DNA of 63,549 nucleotides, the filler included, from Octopus bimaculoides (taxonomy: Eukaryota), in the NCBI RefSeq assembly GCF_001194135.2. It is 7 parts of 5 records of this genome, joined end to end, with 100 filler letters (N's around TTAATTAATTAA, not from the genome) between each part and the next. Parts side by side here need not be neighbours in the genome. Positions count along the whole stretch, not along the records: positions 1 to 4,654 come from NW_026364627.1; positions 4,755 to 32,395 come from NC_068982.1; 5 more parts are not named here. One strand, 5' to 3'. Under the pieces are notes generated by a model that saw only the letters and a program-made list of their open reading frames with translations, searched no databases and had not been told where the DNA came from. The position numbers and the translations under genes were made by a program. Below are positions 1 to 12,815 of this stretch, in pieces (position 1 is the first letter of the stretch; each line of letters begins with the position of its first letter).

Positions 1-8
1 ATAAAACT

Positions 9-209
9 ACTGAATAATAATAATAATAATAATAACAATAATAATAATGACAACATCGAAAAAACCCTAGGAATGACAACCCAGGCTCGAAATTTCCCCA
101 AGACACATTGATGAAAACTGGAGGGTATATCAGCCGAAGCGTTGCATTAACCAGGAAGATGAGGACAAATATCCGTCAAATGTAAATAATGTGCATAATT
201 CCTCATCTC
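9..209 (+). mobile_element. Partial copy of the tRNA-head/(AAT)n/hammerhead-tail repeat (head lies outside the window; ribozyme core decayed)
   Basis: The (AAT)n and tail align with the reverse complement of 950-1165. The core reads TTGATGA...GAAGC instead of CTGACGA...GAAAC. The terminal stem AGATGAGGA/TCCTCATCT is retained. Confidence 0.8.
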
Positions 210-944
210 AGTCATTCACACGTGCCATCTTTGCTACATTCACCCATCTTTTCTTCAAGCATTCAGTAGACATAACTTCTCTCTCTACTCTTACCTTCCT
301 CTTCAAGTGATACTTGAAAAAGTTGATGAGAGATTTCCCAGAGAGGAAAGTGTTTGTCTCTAGACCTTTCAGACGCGTCCACCATACACATTCTTTCGCC
401 ATAGCCACAAGTACGATGAAATTGGTTCNNNNNNNNNNATATATATATATATATATATAATTTCTAAGAGACACCACCACGTTGAAAATAGCCAAAGCTT
501 GACTCTAAAACCACAATAAATGTTCATATTTATGTACTTTTCTGTGTCTCTTAGATACCCTAAATTATAATTATAATAATTATTACCTTTGATGTTTTTA
601 TTCCCATGCTGGCCACTTGATAAAATCGATATTTTAAATATTGATCTCATCCTCATTTATATAAGTATATATATATATAAGGATTTACTTTTCGTAATGA
701 GATAAAAGACCAAGGCTGTGTATAATATAGAATATTTATAAATATAATGTCTTACAGCTGTTTCCAGGATATTTGTTGTAACCCTTCATCGGAGACGGTG
801 TGAGAAGATGATTAAGCAATAGTTAGTTTAGTTAAGACAGGAAATAGAGAGTGAATGTAGAGATATTGTATTTGTAAATCCAATGTTTAGGTAGAATGGT
901 ATACATATAGGATTCCAATACCTTATGAGTAAAATCCAATAGTA

Positions 945-1244
945 CAGTTCTATATTTAAGAGATGAGGAATTATTTACATTATTTACATTATTTACATTT
1001 GACGGATATTTGTCCTCATCTTGTTTGTTGTTAACACAACGTTTCGGCTGATATACCCTCCAGCCTTCGTCAGGTGTCTTGGTGAAATTTCGAACCTGGC
1101 TTCTCATTCCTAACGATGTTACTATTATTATATTATTATTATATTATGATTATTATTACTATTATTAATCAGGTCGCTGCCGTGAATCGAACTCGGAATC
1201 TTGAGGTTAGTAGCCCACGCTCTTAACCACTACGCCATATACCC
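945..1244 (-). mobile_element. Composite SINE-like element: tRNA-like head (1172-1244) + (AAT)n linker + hammerhead-containing tail
   Basis: A-box TGGCGTAGTGG (1227-1237) and B-box GAGTTCGATTC (1184-1194). The tail matches the copy at 9-209. Confidence 0.75.
1033..1078 (-). ncRNA. Minimal type I hammerhead ribozyme (Penelope-like)
   Basis: GACAC-CUGACGA-A-GGCUG(gagggUAUAU)CAGCC-GAAAC-GUU/GUGUU. Stem I is 5 bp with one G.U, stem II is 5 bp, and stem III is the palindromic AACGUU. Confidence 0.75.
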
Positions 1245-1271
1245 ATAAATATATGTATTTATATGTATATA

Positions 1272-1427
1272 TACGGCGGTCGTCTTTCAGTTTCTATCTA
1301 CCAAATCCACTCCCAAGGCTTTGGTCGGTCCGAGGCTATAGTAGAAGACACTTGCCCAAGGTGCCACGCTGTGGGACTGAACCCGGAACTATGTGATTGG
1401 TAAGCAAGCTACTTAACACACAGCCAT
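1272..1427 (-). mobile_element. SINE family A, 5' half (tRNA-like head + CCTTGGGCAAG CORE-like segment)
   Basis: Reverse complement matches 8005-8150 and 53490-53635. Confidence 0.85.
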
Positions 1428-2110
1428 TACTGCACAATTTTATCATTTTGTATTTGTGTTTTATTCTTATCATTTATTTTATTTTTATTTCATTTTATTT
1501 TATTGTTTCATTATTTTATTATTTGTATCATTTTTACTGGCATGCAAATCGCGTTCGTGAATAAGTCGCACTTCTAATTCGGTGTTAAATCTAGATATAT
1601 TTCTTTTTCTTTTCACAGTTGCAGATTTGCCCCGTGGATAATTCTCACTCCTATTAACCCCACCCCCCACCCCCACATTAAAATCAAATATAACATAGTG
1701 CAAGTAAACGCAGCATTTGTTGATTTATTTTCAAAATTGAAGTGAGACCTACGACTTGAGGTTTCGTCTAGATAAGCCATCAAGCGATGATAGCTTACTT
1801 GGCTGAAACTTCGAAGTCACTGTCAACAACATTATTGTTAAAGAATAGTAAATTTGTGCTCTACAAATGTTCTGAGTAGTCTTACAGATTANNNNNNNNN
1901 NNNNNNNNNNNNNNNNNNNNNNNNNNNNNNNNNNNNNNNNNNNNNNNNNNNNNNNNNNNNNNNNNNNNNNNNNNNNNNNNNNNNNNNNNNNNNNNNNNNN
2001 NNNNNNNNNNNNNNNNNNNNNNNNNNNNNNNNNNNNNNNNNNNNNNNNNNNNNNNNNNNNNNNNNNNNNNNNNNNNNNNNNNNNNNNNNNNNNNNNNNNN
2101 NNNNNNNNNN

Positions 2111-2163
<53 letters not shown>

Positions 2164-2164
2164 C

Positions 2165-2210
<46 letters not shown>

Positions 2211-2290
2211 GAAGAAGAAGAAGAAGAAGAAGAAGAAGAAGAAGAAGAAGAAGAAGAAGAAGAAGAAGAAGAAGAAGAAGAAGAAGAAGA
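2111..2290 (+). repeat. Compound trinucleotide microsatellite (AAT)n-(GAT)n-(GAA)n
   Basis: Direct reading. Confidence 0.95.
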
Positions 2291-2711
2291 AATACGAAAA
2301 CTAATTTCTGTGCATTAGCTGGGTGTCACACTTCGAGCTCCTCGCTCACTATTCAGTGACACTCCTACTATTGCTCATATTGGGGCGAAAGTAACAGTTG
2401 GCATAGAGACGCTAGTAGATCGACGGTTGTGATGGTAATGGAGAAATAGTAATAGTATGTGCTGTAGTTGTGATAGAGGCGGGGGCAGTGATGATGGAGG
2501 TGATGATGGAGGTGGTGGTGGTGGTAGCTGAAGCAGTGAGGAACAATGGTGATAGTAAGCGATGTGAAAGGCAGTTGTGATTGTGGTGGAAGGGGAGGCG
2601 GCGAAGTCAATGGTATTGATGGTGTTGGCGTGAGAAGTCTGAATGGTGTGTATGAAAGTTGTAGGGGCAATGGTGATGGTACTGGTGATGGTGATGGTTG
2701 AAAACAATCAA

Positions 2712-2765
<54 letters not shown>

Positions 2766-3315
2766 NNNNNNNNNNNNNNNNNNNNNNNNNNNNNNNNNNN
2801 NNNNNNNNNNNNNNNNNNNNNNNNNNNNNNNNNNNNNNNNNNNNNNNNNNNNNNNNNNNNNNNNNNNNNNNNNNNNNNNNNNNNNNNNNNNNNNNNNNNN
2901 NNNNNNNNNNNNNNNNNNNNNNNNNNNNNNNNNNNNNNNNNNNNNNNNNNNNNNNNNNNNNNNNNNNNNNNNNNNNNNNNNNNNNNNNNNNNNNNNNNNN
3001 NNNNNNNNNNNNNNNNNNNNNNNNNNNNNNNNNNNNNNNNNNNNNNNNNNNNNNNNNNNNNNNNNNNNNNNNNNNNNNNNNNNNNNNNNNNNNNNNNNNN
3101 NNNNNNNNNNNNNAAATCTTTCCACACGAGCCGACATAAAAGCCTCCCGATAGGGCGATTTACATATACAGGGGGTTGCAAGCAGTTACAAAAAAAAAGA
3201 AAACAGTAAATACTCATTTATTTTTATCAAAACATGAAAAGTTAGCTTCATTTTGGATATTTTCAGTGCCATTAATCATAATAAAACATTTATCATAAAT
3301 ACAATAATGATTCCA

Positions 3316-3525
3316 AAGGCATCGATCTGGCGGAAACGTTAGCACTCCAGCTGAAATGCTTACCGGTATTTCGTCTGTCTTTACGTTTTGAGTTCAAATT
3401 CCGCCGAAGTCGACTTATTCTTTCAGGCTTGATTAAATAAGTACCAGTTGTGTACGGAGGCCGATCTAATCGACCGGCCCCCTCCCATAACATTTTGGTC
3501 TTTGTGCCCAGAGTAGAAAAGGATA
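3316..3525 (+). mobile_element. SINE family B (GTTAGCACGCCGGGCGAAATGCTTAGC... GAGTTCAAATTCC...)
   Basis: Aligns with about 10 other copies in the window; B-box-like GAGTTCAAATTCC. Confidence 0.85.
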
Positions 3526-3954
3526 AAAATACCTTTATCGTAACTTTTAACATTGTTTGATAAAGATAAATGAGTACCTTTATGGCGCGTTTTCTTTTTT
3601 CCTTACTGTATACCTACTTTTGCATCACCACTCCCTGAATGTGTGTATATACATGTGTGTGCATATATATATGTGTGTGAGAATGTTTGAAAGTGTGTGT
3701 AAGTGTGCGTGTATGCATGTATGTATAAATGTATGTATATACATACATAGTACACACTTGCATAGATACATACATACATACATACATATGTACGTATGTA
3801 GAGTGTGTGTTGTCCTTATGCCCCAGCACAGCCGCAGTTAAATAAATGAAACAAGCAAAATGTGTGTGTGTGTGTGTGTGTGTGTCTGTGTGTGTGTATT
3901 TATGTATGTGTGTATGAATGCATATACATGCATGTAAGTCCACACTTAGTTCTA

Positions 3955-4634
3955 CTGGTAACATGTAACCATGAAACCTCAAGTAATTGCCGCGTGGTCG
4001 ACTAAACCGGCAACCCTACCGAGCCGTCTTAGTAAGGACAATAGTTTGCCCTGGACACTCTACAGATGACCTCAGCTAGCACAACAGCTGGCAGTGAGAT
4101 ACAACTAGTCTTTTTTAAACCATTTTTCTAAGTAAAGGAAAAACTCTGATACAACACCTACAACTACGTTTGCATCTAAAGGTGTCGACTAGTTCTTCTT
4201 TTGGGGAAAATAATTACGTAATCTGGAGAGAGGGTAACCCCCGTGCAAGGCGTTTCTTCATTTTAATATGTTTCTGGCGCATTGCACGGTTTTTAACAGC
4301 TCTGTGTTAGTTGTTTTGGCTGGACAAGAAAGACAAAACATGCCAAAACGTACTGGAATGAAGGTATATGTCAGCGTGGAAGGTACCTCTCTAAACACCT
4401 GCTGCAAGAGAAGTCCATGGTTAGCCATGTCTGTGCAAAAGAATGTGGATCTCACCCAGAAATGAAAAATGAAAAATCAAATCAGTATTGATCATGTTTA
4501 AGATAACAACCAAGAGACAGCATTGATCGAAACAATAGAAAGTAAGAAGATATGAGTTGGATGCTGCCACATCTAAAACTAAATAGTTCATTCATGAGTA
4601 AAGGGTAAGGAAATATGCTGAATTTGACGAGCCA
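3955..4634 (+). mobile_element. Possible RTE-clade LINE 5' region and start of the endonuclease ORF (decayed)
   Basis: GC-richer island. Near 4510-4580 the frames give QETALI and RRYELDAA, resembling the RTE APE N-terminus (RTALI..EL.RY.IDIAAL). Confidence 0.3.
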
Positions 4635-4754
4635 GGAACAGATTTAGTTCAAAGNNNNNNNNNNNNNNNNNNNNNNNNNNNNNNNNNNNNNNNNNNNNTT
4701 AATTAATTAANNNNNNNNNNNNNNNNNNNNNNNNNNNNNNNNNNNNNNNNNNNN

Positions 4755-4833
<79 letters not shown>

Positions 4834-6304
4834 CATATATGTGTGTGTGTGTATGTATGTAAGTATGTATATTAATGTACATATGAATACCAGTATGATT
4901 GTGATAAAAGTGTCTTTTGGAATGGGGCTGTTAGGTCTTATTGTTGTCTTGCACACGACAAGCTTGGTGTATTCAAAAAATATTTAAACTAATTCAATTA
5001 CGTCTTACTTTGAAACGTGTTATACATTTACATCGTAACACTTGTTTAGAATTTTGTTTATCTACGTGTTTATTATATTGAATGAAAATGAGTTTAAAAA
5101 TTATAACAGGAAGCCAGGTGTTCAGACTTACCATAAGAAAAGGCGGTATAGAGGAAGAACTAAAGAAACTTATTTCTTTTGTTTTTATTGAATACTAATT
5201 TTCGATGTTTAAAACGAAGAAATCAGGAAAAACTTTCCAAAAAAACAACCAATAGTAACTTACGTATATGGTGATGGTTTTGGGTCGCATCAACCTAAAA
5301 TATTTCAATTCACAAAGAGAAATGTATTGAGAAAAATATTAGATTGTCTCACAAGAAAGACGGAACATTTAGAATCAGAGAAGCTCATAAAAGTTAAAAC
5401 TGACAATATTGCAATTTTAACAACGGGAGGACGCCTCCTTCAGCTGGCGTCCTCCTGCACGCGATATGTATCGCAAGCAGGGAGAGAACTCCTTACTAAT
5501 TTAGCCCCGAGACCACCGGACCGTACGGTTTCGACGTGGGGTTAAAATAGCACTATCACCGTTTCTTCGGGCACCATTTCCTTGTTCAGTTCTATTTCAA
5601 GATTTCTTGCCAATAGAAAAAGAGCTAGTTTTTAACCTAGGTCCAAGGCTCCTTCATTGGAATTTCAACATCAGCAACAGAGTATTTTTGTATGTATGTA
5701 TGTATGTATGTATGTATGTATGTGTCCATGTGTGTATGTATGTATATGTGCAGATTTGTATGTTTGGCTTTATGTATGTATTCTCATGCATCTAGCTGCA
5801 CATCTAGACATGCTCATATATATATTTAAATGATAAACTTACGGAAAATTTTACAGATTTTTACAGTTCTAGTGATGAATTGGATCTACAGTCTTCGAAT
5901 TAGCTTTCTCCTTTCTAGTTTTGAGGTGCCCAATTTCTCAAGATTGGTATTTAGGCAGTGTGTTACATATCCTATGACCCCAATAATTACAGGTATAAAC
6001 CTGAACTTTTAATCTGGATAGAGAAACTGCAGATTTCTCAATAGTTCAGCCTAGATATTCTCTTTTTCACTGATCTTCAGCTTTATGTTAACATCTGCTG
6101 GGCGGCTATTTTCCACAACTGTACACAGTTTCTCTTCTCTATCCCAAATCATTATATCAGTATGTATGCATTGTGGATGTATGTATGTATATCCGTATCT
6201 GAGCGGTCATGGAAGGGTAGTCAGAAATGCCATTGACAAAAAGAAAGTACAAAAAGATGGCCATCATCCGTGAAGACGGAGAAATCACTCACTCACTCAC
6301 TCAC

Positions 6305-6383
<79 letters not shown>

Positions 6384-6579
6384 CTAAAATGAGAAGATCA
6401 TTAATGGTGACTTCGGAGTTCCAGCCAGTTAACCCATCGTCGGGCTGCCTAAGAATAGTAAATTATTACTCTACAAAAGTATAGAGCAACCCATCAGATT
6501 AATAATGTAAAATTGATTTTATTATAGCTGAACATAAAAGCAAACATTAACACAAACACACACACACACACACGTATAC

Positions 6580-6610
<31 letters not shown>

Positions 6611-6913
6611 TGCAAACGTATGCATATACATAGACATACATTTATATATATTACATATAACTTGTTTGCATATATATAAACTTGTTTGTATGTATATATA
6701 TAAACATATGCCCATATATATGCGTGTTTATATGCGGCATATGTATATATGTGTTTGTATTTACTTCTTAATTAACATAGTTTAATAAACTTTGTTTACA
6801 TGCCACAACCCGTGTAGATGTTAAACTGCAGAAATATCAGTAAAATTCATTTTATAACATTGAATCCAAAATATGTATACAGAAGAATCTTCAAATTTTT
6901 ATATTATTTGTTC

Positions 6914-6971
<58 letters not shown>

Positions 6972-7984
6972 GTGTATGTATGTATGTATGTATGTACATG
7001 TATGTGTATACATATATATATATATATATATATAAATCGGGAGAAAAGCAAAATGTAGTTGAATTTAACATTGTATGAAGACGTTAAGTAAACTTCGCAT
7101 GCACAGAGACCATCAAAGGGAACCAGAATTTTCTTTTTTTCTTTTATAAAGCAAACGAATAGACTCTCATTAGAGTTGCACATTTTCAAGCGGCAATTAA
7201 AATATATCACCAGATTAAGATTTCTTTATTTGTGTTGTATTTCTTGTACATATAATCGGTATTTACTTTATTTATGCAGCAAATTTATTGATGAAAAGAA
7301 ATAGTGCTTCAGCACCTAATTATAAATATTATATTTCGTATAAAGAAAGTTATTCATTACTCTAAACAAATAAAAATATACAAACGAATACTTATTTATA
7401 TGCATAACTCGAAAGTATGTGTGTGGATGTGATTCTTAAACACACACACAGACACACACTCACTTACATATATAGTTATACATATGTACACACTCACACA
7501 TGTATGTGTTTATATATATACTAAATGTTGAACTATGAAAATGAGTGTTCAAGACCGCATTGGTGGATAGAATTTCTTTATTTGTGACTTAAAGCTACCA
7601 TTGGTTTCATGTTAAGAAAAATAGAAAAAGCATCTTAATATCTTTTCAATTTTTTAAGTCGATCACATGAGGGAATGGTGTTCGTCTCGATTTTAGATGA
7701 AAACACAACGTTCCGTTGAAATTCCCGGATATTCTCGTAAAGAAAACAATAAATCAATTGGTGCTACTCTTAGATGACATCTTTTAAATGGTTGGATGTA
7801 AATGACCAAACAACCGTGTCGGATGGTAAATTTGTTTGCGTTATCTTGTATTATATTCTGTATTATATTATGAACACACGCTTGTTACTCTCAGCTTCAA
7901 AATAGCAGTAAACCAGGGACTCACCACATATATACAACAATGCTATTGTTCATAAACTGCAATACATAATAAATAAATAAACTA

Positions 7985-8396
7985 GGAGTAGGCGTATGAG
8001 TGGGTGTGTGGTAAGTAGCTTGCTTACGAACTACATGGTCTCGGGTTCAGTCCCACTGCGTGGCATCTTGGGCAAGTATTTTCTAATATAACCTCGGGCC
8101 GACCAAAGCTTTGTGAGTGGATTTAGTAGACAGAAACTGAAAGAAGCCCGTCATATATATGTATATATTTGTATGTGTTTGTGTGTCTGTGTTTGTCCCC
8201 CCCCCCCAACATCGCTTGACAACCGATGCTGGTGTGTTTACGTCCCCTTAACTCAGTGGTTCGGCCAAAGAGATTCCGACAGAATAAGTACTAGGCTTAC
8301 AAAGAATAAGTCCTGGGGTCGATTTGCTCGTCTAAAGGCGGTGCTCCAGCATGGCCACAGTCAAATGACTGAAACAAGTAAAAGAGTAAAAGAGTA
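7985..8396 (+). mobile_element. SINE family A, near full length
   Basis: Head with GGTTCAGTCCC B-box-like motif, CTTGGGCAAGT segment, internal (TG)n, and a tail ending in the GTAAAAGA repeat. Confidence 0.9.
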
Positions 8397-9684
8397 ATGT
8401 GTTAATAAATATAAGCTAAAACACTTTCGAATGTCGCCCGAGATTTAAAAAAAAATAGGAATAAAAACCCATAAAGACAAATAAAATAGAGAGGACTGCT
8501 CTTGATGGCACACTTTTGATAATAGTCCTGCTGGGCTACATCTACACAAATAATTCGTTCAGGAAATGAACGAATATCCCAATCTTCCATTTCCCCAGGT
8601 TATATGCTAAGTTTACCTTATATAAATCAAGTAATATTTTATTATGAAATGTATTTTCTCTATTAAAATATAGAGAGGTTTCTTTCACAATTTCTCTAGG
8701 CTAATTTCTCAGATCCAGTGCAGTGCAATCAATCAACTCCTGTGAATTATAGGTAATTAGCTTGTCGAACAAGGATAGAAAATATGCGAAGTCGCTCTTA
8801 TTAAGATTTAAAATCAGAACAAAACACTAAATATAAGATTTTAATGTTGTTTTATTGCTTCTTCTTAGACACTTATATATAAATTCATATATACATACAA
8901 AACATATACGTGTACGTAGGAGTGGACATATATGTGAGGGTGATTTATTGTTCTTTGAATTTAAACACTCATTATGAATTAAATCACAGCAATGAAAATA
9001 CGGAGCTGTTCTCTGTGAATGCATTTATGCCATTTCTCATTATCTCTCAAATAGCTGTAAGAGAAGTGTATTTAAACACTTGATAACGCCTGAAGCAAAA
9101 TATTAAGCGTTTTAACATTTCATTGTTACTTCGGAGATGGAAGGATTCTCATATTGATGTGACGATTTCGATGTTTCTAAATGACTTTATTTCCTTCTGG
9201 ATTGGATTTTATGTCGTTCTTCCACACAATAAACAAACAACTGATTCCTCCACTGTAGCTTTTGTTCCTCTTTGGGACCTGTAATAGCCCATCCTTTTCA
9301 GCTGTCAAGCCAACCGACAAATTTAGTCGTTTTAAAATGTTCAGAACAGCAATAGCTAATATTCCACTAGCATATGTCAACAACTTGTCAATATGATTCT
9401 ACATATATGATTTGAACACTTTTGCAAATCAATACGCACACATACATATACATACATATACATATAACTATATGTGTGTGTGTATTATCTATCTATCTGT
9501 CTATCTATCTATCTATTTATCGATCAATCGATCTATCTCCATGTGTGTGTATGTGTGTGTGTTTGTGTGCGTGCGAATGTGTATGTACGTGTGTGTATGT
9601 ATCAACAAGATCACTGCAACTCACGCACACAGACACAAAAGCGTAAACACACATACAAATATAAACATGTATACCTTTATATAT

Positions 9685-9735
<51 letters not shown>

Positions 9736-10521
9736 AATGAGTGTGTGTATGTATATAGATATATACGCATATACTGGCTTCTTTAATATTGACTCTATTT
9801 GATGATAATATCCGATAACTACTAATTCAGAAACTGGTTCGTTGCGGATCTTGACCGTCGTCCCAGCCATCAGATCTGAAAACATATTCCGGGCTTTCAA
9901 ATAAGTTCTGCTAAACATATCAAGCATCATACAAAGTTCGTCGACATAGAGAAATTACGCAAATGTCAATCAAAACTATAATGTTGAAATTCTTCGCTTC
10001 TTTTACACCTACAGTTTTTCAGCTTTCATTTCAGAACCATTGAATGAATGCTGTCAGCTAAAAAGCATTTCCAAGTGTCAGAGAATAAAGGGAGACATAT
10101 GTTAAAAAAGTAAATAATGTAATGTTAAAAAGGAATATATCATTTCTAAAGGTGTACAAATTCATACATACCGTATCGATTAGTTTTTCTGTCTTACCGG
10201 TCGAAAGAGATTAGATGAGTAAAGAGGGAAAGCAACAAAAAACTGATCGGGTGTCTGGTTTTATTAAAGAAAAGTTCAATAGTTCATATCGTATCAGCAA
10301 CTATTATTAACACTGTTCAGTCTCCAGGTCCATGAAATTTATCCTCCGTTCTTTCTATCTTATTTATTGTCTTACTCTACCGGTGGCGATGGAGTAGTGC
10401 CTATGACTTTTTCAGGTTGTAGCTATAGAGGAAGTCATCTCCACCCAAACTAACTCCTCCCCCAACAATCTTCCACAAAGTTTCTGCCTTGCTTAGCGTT
10501 ATAATCCTTAAGATACTGGGT

Positions 10522-10750
10522 TGTTATAATGTCCAATTCGGTATACAGTATACTTAGCAAAACCAGTAAAGACACGACTGTCTCTGACCGTCTACTACGT
10601 ACGCTTGTACTTCACGTACTTCTCTTTACTTATAGTGATTCAGTTATTCCATTCGTTACGTGGGAGGGTATACTATTATTATTAATTCCCTTTTAAGTTT
10701 TTTCTTGGGAAGTGTCATATTATTTAGCAATATTTTTTTTATTCCCCCCA
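10522..10750 (-). mobile_element. Putative 3' LTR of the Gypsy element
   Basis: On the minus strand, a polypurine tract AAAAAAGGGAGG is followed immediately by TG (10750) and the segment ends in TAACA (10522). No 5' partner LTR is visible. Confidence 0.45.
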
Positions 10751-10778
10751 CCTCCCTTTTTTGAGATTTTTCCGTACA

Positions 10779-12815
10779 ATTTAATACTTTTTGTGCTTGG
10801 CATCTATATTCAGTACCTCTGCCCGTTTTCTTCTCCTCTCACTTGTATGCCTGGGTTTAGTCACCTGAGGTGGTGTTGGTTCTTGGAAAGTATCGTACAA
10901 CCAGTCCATCGGTTCCTCCAACTTCTTTGGTTCGCTCTCCATGAATCTCTTTTCCAGTTCATTCCGGTGTCTCTTTTGAATGCCTTTTTCTCCTTTTTAC
11001 CCAATCATTTTACTCATGCATTTGGTAATCACACAATCTTCCCAACTCTGCTTTCCATTCTTGTATCCTTCATATACACCTTTTCATCAACTTTAGAAAA
11101 ACTTGCTATGTCTTCCCTGGCGCTTTTTCTTTTCTTGCTAGGTAGCAATTTATCAAAGACTGATTTTACTTTCCTCGCAAACATCAGCTCCGCAGGTGAT
11201 CTACCTGCGAGTGTATTCAGACTTGGTGACACACGGTACACTCTTAAGAATTGTTGTAGAGCTACCTCATCCGTGACTTCCTTATTTGACTTTCATATGG
11301 CTCTCTTGAAAGTGTCGACAAAGCGTCCTGTTTGTCCGTTAGATCTGGGATGGTGCAGTAGTTACATGTTCTACTACGAACATTTTACAGACACAAACTG
11401 CGTTCCATTGTCAGACATCACGTCTGGGATGACGAATCTTGAAAAAATTTCGTGTAAAAAATTCATCATAGTTGAGGAAGTTTGTTTTTTACACTTACAA
11501 ATTTCTGGTCATTTCGAGAAACTATTAACTAACACTAACTAATATGAATCATTTAAAGGACCAACGAAATCGATGTGTAGTCTCGACCACGGAACATCTA
11601 CTTTTGGCCAAGGATCATTTTTTTATAGTCGGCACTTTTGCTGCTAGGGCACATCCTCTACAGCCTTTCACCAAATTTTCGATTTCTCTGTCCATTTTCA
11701 GCCAGTGTACGTAACTGCGCATTAAAATACCAGGATATCCGACGTGAAATTCTCTCACCATTTTCTTTCGTAATGTTCCGGTATTACTGCTCTCTGTGCA
11801 TACATCGGTACGCCATCACACGTTCAGTACAGTTTCACGTCTTGGTTTCGTTTCGCACCAAACCTGTTCCTATTTTCTTTTGTTGACCACAGTGTTCTTT
11901 TGGTTCCCTTTATAAACTTGTCTTTTACCGCATTCCTCTTTATATCTTCTAGGGTTACCGGTAATTCTCGTACCACGTTCCACATTAGGTTTTTTCATTT
12001 CACCTTCAGCTCTTAGAGCTGCGATTACTGTATCTTTCAATGGCTCGCAGTATTTTGGTATCAGTCTGGACAAACCATCCGCGTGTCCTAGTTTTTTCAA
12101 CGGTAAATACTCCATTCTGTAGTCGTAATTTAATAGTATAGTGCCTCATCTCTGTAGTCAATTTGCTGTGTGCGTTGGGATTCCTTCTTTTGGAACCGTA
12201 TATTGTCAGCAACGGGCGATGGTCTGTTTGTAAACAGAAACGTCTTCCAAGGATAAATCTATGGAACTTCATGGCACCAAATATGATTGCCAACGCCTCT
12301 CTTTTATCTGACTATAATTCTTTTCAGCTGTCAATAATGACTTTGACGAATGGGCGAGAGACTTTTCACTACCATCGTCGTATTTGTGCCGAAGAACGGC
12401 TCCTACACCATACACACTTTCATCTGTAGCCAGTAGAGTTTCCAACTTTGGATCAAAATATGTGAATGATAGGTCCGAGAGTAAAATACTTTTCAATTCA
12501 CGGATAAGAGTTTGGAATGTAGATTTGGTAATAAAGTACCAAATCCAAAAAGTGCCTGCAGCTTAGTTGCATTTTTCTGTTATGGGCATATTCTTTATCA
12601 CTGTTGCCCTTGATGGATCCGGTTTTCTTCCGTTTTTGTCAATTACTTGTCCTAAGTATTTAATTTTATTCAACAAGAACTCACATTTTTCCTCCGTTAA
12701 CGTGAACCCGTATTCGCCTATTTTCTCAAATACCCTTTTATCGTGTTGAAAGTGTTTTTGTGATTCACTCTTTATTAAAATATCGTCTAGATAGTCGACA
12801 GCGAGATCACAATCA
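10779..12815 (-). pseudogene. Decayed Ty3/Gypsy pol: C-terminal RT, RNase H and integrase
   Basis: RT YLDDILI (12783-12794). RNase H TDES..GVGAVL, KNYSQI, TDHRPL, HADGLSRL. Integrase PWSRLHIDFVGP, SDNGTQF, HPRSNGQ, SPAELM. Many stops and frameshifts. Confidence 0.92.

Noticed and set aside
1172-1244. Genuine tRNA gene
   Set aside because: The acceptor and anticodon stems do not pair properly; it is a SINE head.
1753-1820. Imperfect inverted pair, each arm with GAAAC, resembling opposed hammerheads
   Set aside because: No intact CUGANGA core or stem II.
10712-11542. 276-aa plus-strand ORF
   Set aside because: Antisense to the Gypsy integrase region; no independent features.
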